A DNA stretch of 64,000 nucleotides from Eledone cirrhosa (Eukaryota): positions 334,304,001 through 334,368,000 of the forward strand of contig OZ024743.1 of assembly GCA_964016885.1 (NCBI GenBank), read 5' to 3'. Numbering within the stretch: position 1 is the first letter of the stretch; each line of letters begins with the position of its first letter. Shown piece after piece: positions 20,814 to 35,800 of this stretch. The notes below the pieces were generated by a model, which saw only the letters and a list, made by a program, of their open reading frames with translations, did no database searches and was not told the DNA's origin. The position numbers were made by a program, and so were the translations under genes.

Positions 20814-23800
20814 CTTCTAACTCTCATTCTCTATCCCATTCTTTCACCCTCCTTCTCTATATCCCATTCTCTCACACTCCTTCTTTATATCCCATTCTTT
20901 CACCCTCCTTCTCTATATCCCATTCTCTCACTCTCCCTCTCTATATCCCATTCTCTCACACTCCTTCTCTATCCCATTCTCTCACACTCCTTCTCTATAT
21001 CCCATTCTCTCACACTCCTTCTTTATATCCCATTCTTTCACCCTCCTTCTCTATATCCCATTCTCTCACTCTCCCTCTCTATATCCCATTCTCTCACACT
21101 CCTTCTCTATCCCAGTATCTCACACTCCTTCTCTATATCCCATTCTTTCACCCTCCTTCTCTATATCCCATGCTCTCACTCTCCCTCTATATATCCCATT
21201 CTCTCACACTCCTTCTCTATATCCCATTCTCTCACACTCCTTCTTTATATCCCATTCTTTCACCCTCCTTCTCTATATCCCATTCTCTCACTCTCCCTCT
21301 CTATATCCCATTCTCTCACACTCCTTCTCTATCCCATTCTCTCACACTCCTTCTCTATATCCCATTCTTTCACCCTCCTTCTCTATATCCCATGCTCTCA
21401 CTCTCCCTCTATATATCCCATTCTCTCACACTCCTTCTCTATATCCCATTCTCTCACACTCCTTCTTTATATCCCATTCTTTCACCCTCCTTCTCTATAT
21501 CCCATTCTCTCACTCTCCCTCTCTATATCCCATTCTCTGACACTCCTTCTCTATCCCATTCTCTCACACTCCTTCTCTATATCCAAATCTTTCACCCTCC
21601 TTCTCTATATCCCATTCTCTCACTCTCCCTCTCTATATCCCATTCTCTCACACTGCTTCTCTATATCGCATTCTCTCACACTCCTTCTCTATATCCCATT
21701 CTCTCACACTCCTTCTCTATATCCCATTCTTTCACCCTCCTTCTCTATATCCCATTCTCTCACTCTCCCTCTCTATATCCCATTCTCTCACACTCCTTCT
21801 CTATATCCCATTATCTCACCCTCCTTCTCTATATCCCATTCTCTCACTATCCCTCTCTATATCCCATTCTCTCACACTCCTTCTCTATATCCCATTCTCT
21901 CGCACTCCTTCTCTATATCCCATTCTCTCACCCTCCTTCTCTATATCCCATTCTCTCACTATCCCTCTCTATATCCCATTCTCTCACACTCCTCTCTCCC
22001 ATTCTCCCACACTCCTTCTCTATATCCCATTCTCTCACACTCCTTCTCTATATCCCATTCTCTCGCACTCCTTCTCTATATCCCGTTCTCTCACTATCCC
22101 TCTCTATATCCCATTCTCTCACACTCCTCTCTCCCATTCTCCCACACTCCTTCTCTATATCCCATTCTCTCACACTCCTTCTCTATCCCATTCCCTCACA
22201 CTCCTTCTCTATATCCCATTCTCTCACACTCCTTCTCTATCCCATTCTCTCACACTCCTTCTCCATCCCATTCTCTCACACTCCTTCTCTATATCCCATT
22301 CTCTCACCCTCCTTCTCTATATCCCATTCTCTCACTCTCCGTCTCTATATCGCATTCTATCACACTCCTTCTATATCCCATTCTCTCACACTCCTTCTCT
22401 ATATCCCATTCACTCACCCTCTTTTCTATATCCCATTCTCTCACACTCCTTCTCTATATCCCATTCTCTCACTATCCCTCTCTATATCCCATTCTCTCAC
22501 ACTCCTCTCTCCCATTCTCTCACCCTCCTCCTCTATATCCCATTCTCTCACACTCCTTCTCTATATCCCATTCTCTCACACTCCTTCTCTATCCCATTCT
22601 CTCACACTCCTTCTCTCTATTCCATTCTTTCACACTCCTTCTCTATATCCCATTCTCTCACACTCCTTCTCTATCCCATTCTCTCACACTCCTTCTCTCT
22701 ATTCCATTCTCTCACACTCCTTCTCTATCCCATTCTCTCACCCTCCTCCTCTATATCCCATTCTCTCACACTCCTTCTCTATATCCCATTCTCTCACACT
22801 CCTTCTCTATATCCCATTCTCTCACACACCTTCTCTCTAATCCATTCTCTCTCACTCCTTCTCTATATCCCATTCTCTCACCCTCCTTCTCTATATACCA
22901 TTCTCACACACTCCTTCTCTCTATTCCATTCTCTCACACTCCTTCTCTATCCCATTCTCTCACCCTCCTCCTCTATATCCCATTCTCTCACACTCCTTCT
23001 CTATATCCCATTCTCTCACGCTCCTTCTCTATATCCCATTCTCTCACACACCTTCTCTCTAATCCATTCTCTCTCACTCCTTCTCTATATCCCATTCTCT
23101 CACCCTCCTTCTCTATATACCATTCTCACACACTCCTTCTCTATCCCATTCTCTCACACTCCTTCTCAATATCCAATTCTCTCACCCTCCATCTCTCTAT
23201 CCCATTCTCCCACACTCCTCCTCTATATCCCATTCTCTCACCCTCCATCTCTCTATCCCATTCTCTCAACCTCCTTCTCTATATCCCATTCTCTCACACT
23301 CCTTCTCTATATACCATTCTCTCACACTCCTTCTCTATATCCCATTCTCTCACACTCCTTCTCTATATCCCATTCTCTCACACTCCTTCTCTCTATTCCA
23401 TTCTCTCACACTCCTTCTCTATATCCCATTCTCTCTCACCCCTTCTCTATATCCCATTCTCTCACACTCCTTCTCTATATCCCATTCTCTCACCCTCCAT
23501 CTCTCTATACCATTCTCTCACCCTCCTTCTCTATATCCCATTCTCTCACACTCCTTCTCTATATCCCATTCTCTCACACTCCTTCTCTATATCCCATTCT
23601 CTCACACTCCTTCTCTCTATCCCATTCTCTCACCCTCCTCCTCTATCTCCCATTCTCTCACTCTCCTTCTCTATATCCCATTCTCTTACATTCCTTCTCT
23701 ATATCCCATTCTCTCACACTCCCTCTCTATATCCCATTCTTTCACACTCCTTCTCTATATCCCATTCTCTCACACTCCTTCTCTATATCCCATTCTCTCA

Positions 23801-26800
23801 CACTCCTTCTCTCTATCCCATTCTCTCACACTACTTGTATATCCCATTCTCTCACACTCCTTCTCTATCCCATTCTCTCACACTCCTTCTCTATATCCCA
23901 TTCTCTCACACTCCTTCTCTATCCCATTCTCTCACACTCCTTCTCTATATCCCATTCTCTCACACTCCTTCTCTATCCCATTCTCTCACACTCCTTCTCT
24001 ATATCCCATTCTCTCACACTCCTTCTCTATCCCATTCTCTCACACTCATTCTCTATCCCATTCTCTGACACTCCTTCTCTATATGCCATTCTCTCACCCT
24101 CCTTCTCTATATCCCATTGTCTCACACTCCTTCTCTATATCCCATTCTCTCACACTCCTTCTATATGCCATTCTCTCACACTCCTTCTCTATATCCCATT
24201 CTCTCACACTCCTTCTCTATATCCCATTCTCTCACACTCCTTCTCTATAACCCATTCTCTCACACTCCTTCTCTATATGCCATTCTCTCACCCTCCTTCT
24301 CTATATCCCATTGTCTCACACTCCTTCTCTATATCCCATTCTCTCACACTCCTTCTATATGCCATTCTCTCACACTCCTTCTCTATATCCCATTCTCTCA
24401 CACTCCTTCTCTATATCCCATTCTCTCACACTCCTTCTCTATAACCCATTCTCTCACACTCCTTCTCTATATGCCATTCTCTCACACTCCTTCTCTATAT
24501 CCCATTCTCTCACACTCCTTCTCTATATCCCATTCTCTCACACTCCTTCTCTATAACCCATTCTCTCACACTCCTTCTCTATATCCCATTCTCTCACACT
24601 CCTTCTCTATATCCCATTCTCTCACACTCCTTCTCTCTATCCCATTCTCTCACACTCCTTGTATATCCCATTCTCTCACACTCCTTCTCTATCCCAGTCT
24701 CTCACACTCCTTCTCTATATCCCATTCTCTCACCATCCTTCTCTATATCCCATTCTCTCACACTCCTCTATCCCATTCTCTCACCCTCCTTCTCTATATC
24801 CCATTCTCTCACTCTCCCTCTCTATATCGCATTCTATCACACTCTTTCTCTATCCCATTCTCTCACCCTCCTCCTCTATATCCCATTCTCTCACACTCCT
24901 TCTCTATATCCCATTCTCTCACACTCCTTCTCTATCCCATTCTCTTACACTCCTTCTCTCTATTCCATTCTTTCACATTCCTTCTCTATATCCCATTCTC
25001 TCACACTCCTTCTCTATATCCCATTCTCTCACACTCCTTCTCTATATCCCATTCTCTCACACACCTTCTCTCTAATCCATTCTCTCTCACTCCTTCTCTA
25101 TATCCCAGTCTCTCACCCTCCTTCTCTATATACCATTCTCACACACTCCTTCTCTATCCCATTCTCTCACACTCCTTCTCAATATCCCATTCTCTCACCC
25201 TCCTTCTCTATCCCATTCTCTCACACTCCTCCTCTATATCCCATTCTCTCACCCTCCATCTCTCTATCCCATTCTCTCAACCTCCTTCTCTATATCCCAT
25301 TCTCTCACACTCCTTCTCTATATCCCATTCTCTCACACTCCTTCTCTATATCCCATTCTCTCACACTCCTTCTCAATATCCCATTCTCTCACACTCCTTC
25401 TCTCTATTCCATTCTCTCACACTCCTTCTCTATATCCCATTCTCTCTCACTCCTTCTCTATATCCCATTCTCTCACACTCCTCTTCTATATCCCATTCTC
25501 TCACCCTCCATCTCTCTATCCCATTCTCTCACACTCCTTCTCTATCCCATTCTCTCACACTCCTTCTCTATATCCCATTCTCTCACACTCCTTCTCTATC
25601 CCATACTCTCACACTCATTCTCTATCCCATTCTCTCACACTCCTTCTCTATATGCCATTCTCTCACACTCCTTCTATATCCCATTCTCTCACACTCCTTC
25701 TCTATATCCCATTCTCTCACCCTCCTTCTCTATATCCCATTCTCTCACACTCCTTCTCTCTATTCCATTCTCTCACACTCCTTCTCTATCCCATTCTCTC
25801 ACACCCCTTCTCTATATCCCATTTTTTCACACTCCTTCTCTATCCCATTCTCTCACACTCCTTCTCTATATCCCATTCTCTCACACACCTTCTCTCTATT
25901 CCATTCTCTCTCACTCCTTCTCTATATCCCATTCTCTCACCCTCCTTCTCTATATCCCATTCTCTCACACTCCTCTATCCCATTCTCTCACACTCCTTCT
26001 CAATATCCCATTCTCTCACCCTCCATCTCTCTATCCCATTCTCTCACACTCCTCCTCTATATCCCATTCTCTCACCCTCCATCTCTCTATCCCATTCTCT
26101 CAACCTCCTTCGCTATATCCCATTCTCTCACACTCCTTCTCTATATACCATTCTCTCACACTCCTTCTCTCTATCCCATTCTCTCACCCTCCTTCTCTAT
26201 ATCCCATTCTCTCACACTCCTTCTGTATATCCCATTCTCTCACACTCCTTCTCTATATCCCATTATCTCACACTCCTTCTCTATATCCCATTCTCTCACA
26301 CTCCTTCTGTGTATCCCATTCTCTCACACTCCTTCTCTCTATCCCATTCTCTCACCCTCCTCCTCTATCTCCCATTCTCTCACTCTCCTTCTGTATATCC
26401 CATTCTCTTACACTCCTTCTCTATATCCCATTCTCTCACACTCCTTCTCTATATCCCATTCTCTCACACTCCTTCTCTATATCCCATTCTCTTACACTCC
26501 TTCTCTATATCCCATTCTCTCACACTCCTTCTCTCTATCCCATTCTCTCACACTCCTTGTATATCCCATTCTCTCACACTCCTTCTCTATCCCAGTCTCT
26601 CACACTCCTTCTCTCTATCCCATTCTCTCACACTCCTTGTATATCCCAGTCTCTCACACTCCTTCTCTATATCCCATTCTCTCACACTCCTTCTCTATCC
26701 CATTCTCTCACACTCATTCTCTATCCCATTCTCGCACACTCCTTCTCAATATCCCATTCTCTCACACTCCTTCTCTATCCCATTCTCTCACACTCCTTCT

Positions 26801-29800
26801 CTATAACCCATTCTCTCACACTCATTCTCTATCCCATTTTCTCACACTCCTTCTCTATATCCCAATCTCTCACACTCCTTCTCTATATCCCATTCATCAC
26901 ACTCCTTCTCTCTATCCCACACTCTCACCCTCCTTCCTCCTTCTCTATATCCCATTCTCTCACAATCCTTCTCTATATCCCATTCTACCACACTCCTTCT
27001 CTATATCCCATTCTCTCACCCTCCTTCTCTATATCCCATTCTCTCACACTCCTTCTCTATATCCCATTCTCTCACTCTCCTTCTTTATCCCATTCTCTCA
27101 CACTCCTTCTCTATATCCCATTCTCTCACTATCCTTCTTTATCACATTCTCTCACACTCCTTCTCTATATCCCATTCTCTCACACTCCTTCTCTCTATCC
27201 CATTCTCTCACCCTCCTTCTCTCACACACCTTCTATATCCCATTCTCTCACACTCCTTCTATATCCCATTCTCTCACACTCCTTCTCTCTATCCCATTCT
27301 TTCATTCTCCTTCTATCTATCCCATTCTCTCACTCTCCTTCTATCTATGCCATTCTCTCACACTCCTTCTCTATATCCCATTCTCTCACACTCCTTCTCT
27401 ATATCCCATTCTCTCACCCCCTTCTCTATATCCCATTCTCTCACCCTCCTTCTCTATATCCCATTCTCTCACACTCCTTCTCTATATCCCATTCTCTCAC
27501 ACTCCTTCTCTATATCCCATTCTCTCACTCTCCTTCTTTATCCCTTTCTCTCACACTCCTTCTCTATATCCCATTCTCTCACTATCCTTCTTTATCACAT
27601 TCTCTCACACTCCTTCTCTATATCCCATTCTCTCACACTCCTTCTCTCTATCCCATTCTCTCACCCTCCTTCCTCCTTCTCTATATCCCATTCTCTCACT
27701 CTCCTTCTTTATCCCATTCTCTCACACTCCTTCTCTATATCCCATTCCCTCACTATCCTTCTTTATCACATTCTCGCACACTCCTTCTCTCTATCCCATT
27801 CTCTCACCCTCCTTCTCTCACACTCCTTCTATATCCCATTCTCTCACACTCCTTCTCTCTATCCCATTCTTTCATTCTCCTTCTATCTATCCCATTCTCT
27901 CACTCTCCTCCTATCTATGCCATTCTCTCACACTCCTTCTCTATATCCCATTCTCTCACACTCCTTCTCTTTATCCCATTCTCTCACCCCCTTCTCTATA
28001 TTCACATTCTCTCACCCTCCTTCTCTATATCCCATTCTCTCACACTCCTTCTCTATCCCATTCTCTCACACTCCTCTATATCCCATTCTCACACCCTCCT
28101 TCTCTATATCCCATTCTCTCACTCTCCTTCTTTATCCCATTCTCTCACACTCCTTCTCTATCCCATTCTCTCACACTCCTCTATATCCCATTCTCACACC
28201 CTCCTTCTCTATATCCCATTCTCTCACTCTCCTTCTTTATCCCATTCTCTCACACTCCTTCTCTCTATCCCATTCTCTCACCCTCCTTCTCAATATCCCA
28301 TTCTCTCACTCTCCTTCTTTATCCCTTTCTCTCACACTCCTTCTCTATATCCCATTCTCTCACTATCCTTCTTTATCACATTCTCTCACACTCCTTCTCT
28401 ATATCCCATTCTCTCACACTCCTTCTCTCTATCCCATTCTCTATCCCTCCTTCCTCCTTCTCTATATCCCATTCTCTCACTCTCCTTCTTTATCCCATTC
28501 TCTCACACTCCTTCTCTATATCCCATTCCCTCACTATCCTTCTTTATCACATTCTCTCACACTCCTTCTCTCTATCCCATTCTCTCACCCTCCTTCTCTC
28601 ACACACCTTCTATATCCCATTCTCTCACACTCCTTCTATATCCCATTCTCTCACACTCCTTCTCTCTATCCCATTCTTTCATTCTCCTTCTATCTATCCC
28701 ATTCTCTCACTCTCCTCCTATCTATGCCATTCTCTCACACTCCTTCTCTATATCCCATTCTCTCACACTCCTTCTCTTTATCCCATTCTCTCACCCCCTT
28801 CTCTATATTCACATTCTCTCACCCTCCTTCTCTATATCCCATTCTCTCACACTCCTTCTCTATCCCATTCTCTCACACTCCTCTATATCCCATTCTCACA
28901 CCCTCCTTCTCTATATCCCATTCTCTCACTCTCCTTCTTTATCCCATTCTCTCACACTCCTTCTCTATCCCATTCTCTCACACTCCTCTATATCCCATTC
29001 TCACACCCTCCTTCTCTATATCCCATTCTCTCACTCTCCTTCTTTATCCCATTCTCACACCCTCCTTCTCTATATCCCATTCTCTCACTCTCCTTCTTTA
29101 TCCCATTCTCTCACACTCCTTCTCTCTATCCCATTCTCTCACCCTCCTTCTCAATATCCCATTCTCTCACTCTCCTTCTTTATCCCATTCTCTCACACTC
29201 CTTCTCTATATCCCATTCTCTCACCCTCCTTCTCTATATCCCATTCTCTCACACTCCCTCTCTATATCCCATTCTTTCACCCTCTTTCTCTATATCCCAT
29301 TCTCTCACCCTCCTTCTCTATATCCCATTCTCTCACACTCCTCTCTATCCTATTCTCTCACACTCCTTGTATATCCCATTCTCTCACACTCCTTCTCTAT
29401 CCCATTCTCTCACACTCCTTCACTATCCCATTCTCTCACATGCCTTCTCTATATCCCATTCTCTTACACTCCTTCTCTATATCCCATTCTCTCACCCTCC
29501 TTCTCTATATCCCATTCTCTCACACTCCTTCTCTATATCCCATTCTCTCATTCTCCTTCTTTATCCCATTCTCTCACACTCCTTCTCTATATCCCATTCT
29601 CTCTCACTCCTTCTCTATAACCCATTCCCTCACACTACTTCTGTATATCCCATTCTCTCACACTCCTTCTCTATATCCCATTCTCTCACACTCCTTCTCT
29701 CTATCCCATTCTCTCACCCCCCTTCTCTATATCCCATTCTTTCACCCTCCTTCTCTATATCCCATTCTTTCACCCTCCTTCTCTATATCCCATTCTCTCA

Positions 29801-32800
29801 CACCCCTTCTCTCTATCCCATTCTCTCACTCTCCTTCTCTATCCCATTCTCTCACCCTTCTTCTCTATCCCATTCTCTCACACTCCTACTCTATATCCCA
29901 TTCTCTCACACCCCTTCTCTATATCCCATTCTCTCACTATCCTTCTCTATAACCCATTCTCTCACACTCCTTCTCTATCCCATTCTCTCACCCTCCTTCT
30001 CTATATCCCATTCTCTCACCCCCCTTCTCTATATCCCATTCTCTCACTCTCCTTTTCTCTATCCCATTCTCTCACCCTCCTTCTCTATATCCCATTCTCT
30101 CACACTCCTTCTGTATATCCCATTCTCTCACACTCCTTCTCTATATCCCATTATCTCTCACTCCTTCACTATATCCCAATCCCTCACACTCCTTCTCTAT
30201 ATCACATTCTCTCACACTCCTTCTCTCTATCCCATTCTCTCACCCTCCTCCTCTATATCCCATTCTCTCACTCTCCTTCTCTATATCCCATTCTCTTACA
30301 CTCCTTCTCTATATACCATTCTCTCACACTCCTTCTCTCTATCCCATTCTCTCACCCTCCTCCTCTATATCCCATTCTCTCACTCTCCTTCTCTATATCC
30401 CATTCTCTCACCCTCCTTCTCTATATCCCATTCTCTCACACTCCCTCTCTATATCCCATTCTTTCACCCTCTTTCTCTATATCCCATTCTCTCACCCTCC
30501 TTCTCTATATCCCATTCTCTCACACTCCTCTCTATCCCATTCTCTCACACTCCTTGTTTATCCCATTCTCTCACACTCCTTCTCTATCCCATTCTCTCAC
30601 ACTCCTTCTCTATCCCATTCTCTCACATTCCTTCTCTATATCCCATTCTCTCACACTCCTTCTCTATATCCCATTCTCTCACTCTCCTTCTTTATCCCAT
30701 TCTCTCACACTCCTTCTCTCTATCCCATTCTCTCACCCTCCTTCCTCCTTCTCTATATCCCATTCTCTCACCCTCCTTCTCTATATCCCATTCTCTCACA
30801 CTCCCTCTCTATATCCCATTCTTTCACCCTCTTTCTCTATATCCCATTCTCTCACCCTCCTTCTCTATATCCCATTCTCTCACACTCCTCTCTATCCTAT
30901 TCTCTCACACTCCTTGTATATCCCATTCTCTCACACTCCTTCTCTATCCCATTCTCTCACACTCCTTCTCTATCCCATTCTCTCACATGCCTTCTCTATA
31001 TCCCATTCTCTTACACTCCTTCTCTATATCCCATTCTCTCACCCTCCTTCTCTATATCCCATTCTCTCACACTCCTTCTCTATATCCCATTCTCTCACTC
31101 GCCTTCTTTATCCCATTCTCTCACACTCCTTCTCTATATCCCATTCTCTCACTATCCTTCTTTATCACATTCTCTCACACTCCTTCTCTCTATCCCATTC
31201 TCTGATCCTCCTTCTCTCACACTCCTTCTATATCCCATTCTCTCCCACTCCTTCTATATCCCATTCTCACACACTCCTTCTTTATCCCATTCTCTCACAC
31301 TCCTTCTCTCTATCCCATTCTTTCATTCTCCTTCTATCTATCCCATTCTCTCACTCTCCTTCTATCTATCCCATTCTCTCACACTCCTTCTCTCTATCCC
31401 ATTCTCTCACCCTCCTCCTCTATATCCCATTCTTTCACCCTCCTTCTCTATATCCCATTCTCTTACACTCCTTCTCTATATCCCATTCTTTCACCCTCCT
31501 TCTCTATATCCCATTCTCTCACCCTCCTTCTCTACATCCCATTCTCTCACACTCCTCTCTATCCCATTCTCTCACACTCCTTGTATATCCCATTCTCTCA
31601 CACTCCTTCTCTATGCCATTCTCTCACACTCCTTCTCTATATCCCATTCTCTCACTCTCCTTCTTTATCCCATTCTCTCACACTCCTTCTCTATATCCCA
31701 TTCTCTCACACTCCTTCTCTCTATCCCATTCTCTCACCCTCCTTCCTCCTTCTCTATATCCCATTCTCTCACAATCCTTCTCTATATCCCATTCTCTCAC
31801 AATCCTTCCCTATATCCCATTCTCTCACTCTCCTTCTTTATCCCATTCTCTCACACTCCTTCTCTATATCCCATTCTCTCACCCTCCTTCTCTATATCCC
31901 ATTCTCTCACACTCCTCTCTATCACATTCTCTCACACTCCTTCTATATCCCATTCTCTCACACTCCTTCTCTATCCCATTCTCTCACACTCCTTCTCTAT
32001 ATCCCATTCTCTCACACTCCTTCTCTATATCCCATTCTCTCACTCTCCTTCTTTATCCCATTCTCTCACACCCCTTCTATATAACCCATTCTCTCACACT
32101 CCTTCTCTATATCCCATTCTCTCACACTCCTTCTCTCTATCCCATTCTCTCACCCTCCTTCCTGCTTCTCTATATCCCATTCTCTCACACTCCTCTCTAT
32201 CCCATTCTCTCACACTCCTTGTATATCCCATTCTCTCACACTCCTTCTCTATCCCATTCTCTCACACTCCTTCTCTATATCCCATTCTCTCACCCTCCTT
32301 CTCTATATCCCATTCTCTCACACTCCTTCTCTCTATCCCATTCTTTCATTCTCATTCTATCTATCCCATTCTCTCACACTCCTTCTCTATATCCCATTCT
32401 CTCACACTCCTTCGCTCTATCCCATTCTTTCACCCTCCAACTCTATCCCATTTTCTCACACTCCTTCTCTATATCCCATTCTCTCACCCTCCTTCTCTAT
32501 ATCCCATTCTCTCACACTCCTTCTCTATATCCCATTCTGTCACCCTCCTTCTCTATATCCCATTCTCTCACCCTCCTTCTGTATATCCCATTCTGTCACC
32601 CTCCTTCTCTATATCCCATTCTCTCACTCTCCTTCTTTATCCCATTCTCTCACACTCCTTCTCTGTATCCCATTCCCTCACACTTCTTCTCTCTATCCCA
32701 TTCTCTCACTCTACTTCTCTATCCCATTCTCTCACCCTCCTTCTCTATCCCATTCACTCACACTCCTTCTCTATATCCCATTCTTTCACCCTCCTTCTCC

Positions 32801-35800
32801 ATATCCCATTCTCTCACACTCCTTCTCTCTATCCCATTCTCTCACCCTCCTTCCTCCTTCTCTATATCCCATTCTCTCACAATCCTTCTCTATATCCCAT
32901 TCTCTCACACTCCTTCCCTATATCCCATTCTCTCACTCTCCTTCTTTATCCCATTCTCTCACACTCCTTCTCTATATCCCATTCTCTCACTATCCTTCTT
33001 TATCACATTCTCTCACACTCCTTCTCTATATCCCATTCTCTCACACTCCTTCTCTCTATCCCATTCTCTCACCCTCCTTCCTGCTTCTCTATATCCCATT
33101 CTCTCACACTCCTCTCTATACCATTCTCTCACACTTCTTGTATATCCCATTCTCTCACACTCCTTCTCTATCCCATTCTCTCACACTCCTTCTCTATATC
33201 CCATTCTCTCACACTCCTTCTCTATATCCCATCCTCTCACTCTCCTTCTTTATCCCATTCTCTCACACTCCTTCTCTATATCCCATTCTCTCACTATCCT
33301 TCTTTATCCCATTCTCTCACACTCCTTCTCTCTATCCCATTCTTTCATTCTCATTCTATCTATCCCATTCTCTCACACTCCTTCTCTATATCACATTCTC
33401 TCACACTCCTTCGCTCTATCCCATTCTTTCACCCTCCAACTCTATCCCATTTTCTCACACTCCTTCTCTATATCCCATTCTCTCACCCTCCTTCTCTATA
33501 TCCCATTCTCTCACACTCCTTCTCTATATCCCATTCTGTCACCCTCCTTCTCTATATCCCATTCTCTCACCCTCCTTCTCTATATCCCATTCTCTCACAC
33601 TCCTTCTCTATATCCCATCCTCTCACTCTCATTCTTTATCCCATTCTCTCACACTCCTTCTCTATATCCCATTCTCTCACACTCCTTCTCTATATCCCAT
33701 TCTCTCACACTCCTTCTCTCTATCCCATTCTTTCATTCTCATTCTATCTATCCCATTCTCACACACTCCTTCTCTATATCCCATTCTCTCACCCTCCTTC
33801 TCTATATCCCATTCTCTCACACTCCTTCTCTATATCCCATTCTGTCACCCTCCTTCTCTATATCCCATTCTCTCACACTCCTTCTCTATATCCCATTCTC
33901 TCACCCTCCTTCTCTATATCCCATTCTCTCACACTCCTTCTCTATATCCCATTCTCTCACCCTCCTTCTCTATATCCCATTCTCTCACACTCCTTCTCTA
34001 TATCCCATTCTCTCACCCTCCTTCTCTATATCCCATTCTCTCACACTCCTTCTCTCTATCCCATTCTTTCACCCTCCAACTCTATCCCATTCTCTCACAC
34101 TCCTTCTCTATATCCCATTCTGTCACCCTCCTTCTCTATATCCCATTCTCTCACCCTCCTTCTGTATATCCCATTCTGTCACCCTCCTTCTCCATATCCC
34201 ATTCTCTCACTCTCCTTCTTTATCCGATTCTCTCACACTCCTTCTCTATATCCCATTCCCTCACACTCCTTCTCTCTATCCCATTCTCTCACTCTACTTC
34301 TCTATCCCATTCTCTCACCCTCCTTCTCTATCCCATTCACTCACACTCCTTCTCTATATCCCATTCTTTCACCCTCCTTCTCCATATCCCATTCTCTCAC
34401 ACTCCTTCTCTATATCCCATTCTCTCACTCTCCCTCTCTATATCCCATTCTCTCACACTCCCTCTCTATATCCCATTCTTTCACCCTCCTTCTCTATATC
34501 CCATTCTCTCACCCTCCTTCTCTATATCCCATTCTCTCACACTCCTTCTCTCTATCCCATTCTCTCACACTCCTTCTATATCCCATTCTCTCACACTCCT
34601 TCTCCATCCCATTCTCTCACCCTCCTTCTCTATATCCCATTCTCTCACACTCCTTCTCTATATCCCATCCTCTCACTCTCCTTCTTTATCCCATTCTCTC
34701 ACACTCCTTCTCTATATCCCATTCTCTCACTATCCTTCTTTATCACATTCTCTCACACTCCTTCTCTATATCCCATTCTCTCACACTCCTTCTCTCTATC
34801 CCATTCTTTCATTCTCATTCTATCTATCCCATTCTCTCACACTCCTTCTCTATATCCCATTCTCTCACACTCCTTCGCTCTATCCCATTCTTTCACCCTC
34901 CAACTCTATCCCATTTTCTCACACTCCTTCTCTATATCCCATTCTCTCACCCTCCTTCTCTATATCCCATTCTCTCACACTCCTTCTCTATATCCCATTC
35001 TGTCACCCTCCTTCTCTATATCCCATTCTCTCACCCTCCTTCTCTATATCCCATTCTCTCACACTCCTTCTCTCTATCCCATTCTTTCACCCTCCAACTC
35101 TATCCCATTCTCTCACACTCCTTCGCTATATCCCATTCTGTCACCCTCCTTCTCTATATCCCATTCTCTCACCCTCCTTCTGTATATCCCATTCTGTCAC
35201 CCTCCTTCTCTATATCCCATTCTCTCACTCTCCTTCTTTATCCCATTCTCTCACACTCCTTCTTTATATCCCATTCCCTCACACTTCTTCTCTCTATCCC
35301 ATTCTCTCACTCTACTTCTCTATCCCATTCTCTCACCCTCCTTCTCTATCCCATTCACTCACACTCCTTCTCTATATCCCATTCTTTCACCCTCCTTCTC
35401 CATATCCCATTCTCTCACACTCCTTCTCTCTATCCCATTCTCTCACCCTCCTTCCTCCTTCTCTATATCCCATTCTCTCACAATCCTTCTCTATATCCCA
35501 TTCTCTCACACTCCTTCCCTATATCCCATTCTCTCACTCTCCTTCTTTATCCCATTCTCTCACACTCCTTCTCTATATCCCATTCTCTCACTATCCTTCT
35601 TTATCACATTCTCTCACACTCCTTCTCTATATCCCATTCTCTCACACTCCTTCTCTCTATCCCATTCTCTCACCCTCCTTCCTGCTTCTCTATATCCCAT
35701 TCTCTCACACTCCTCTCTATACCATTCTCTCACACTCCTTGTATATCCCATTCTCTCACACTCCTTCTCTATCCCATTCTCTCACACTCCTTCTCTATAT

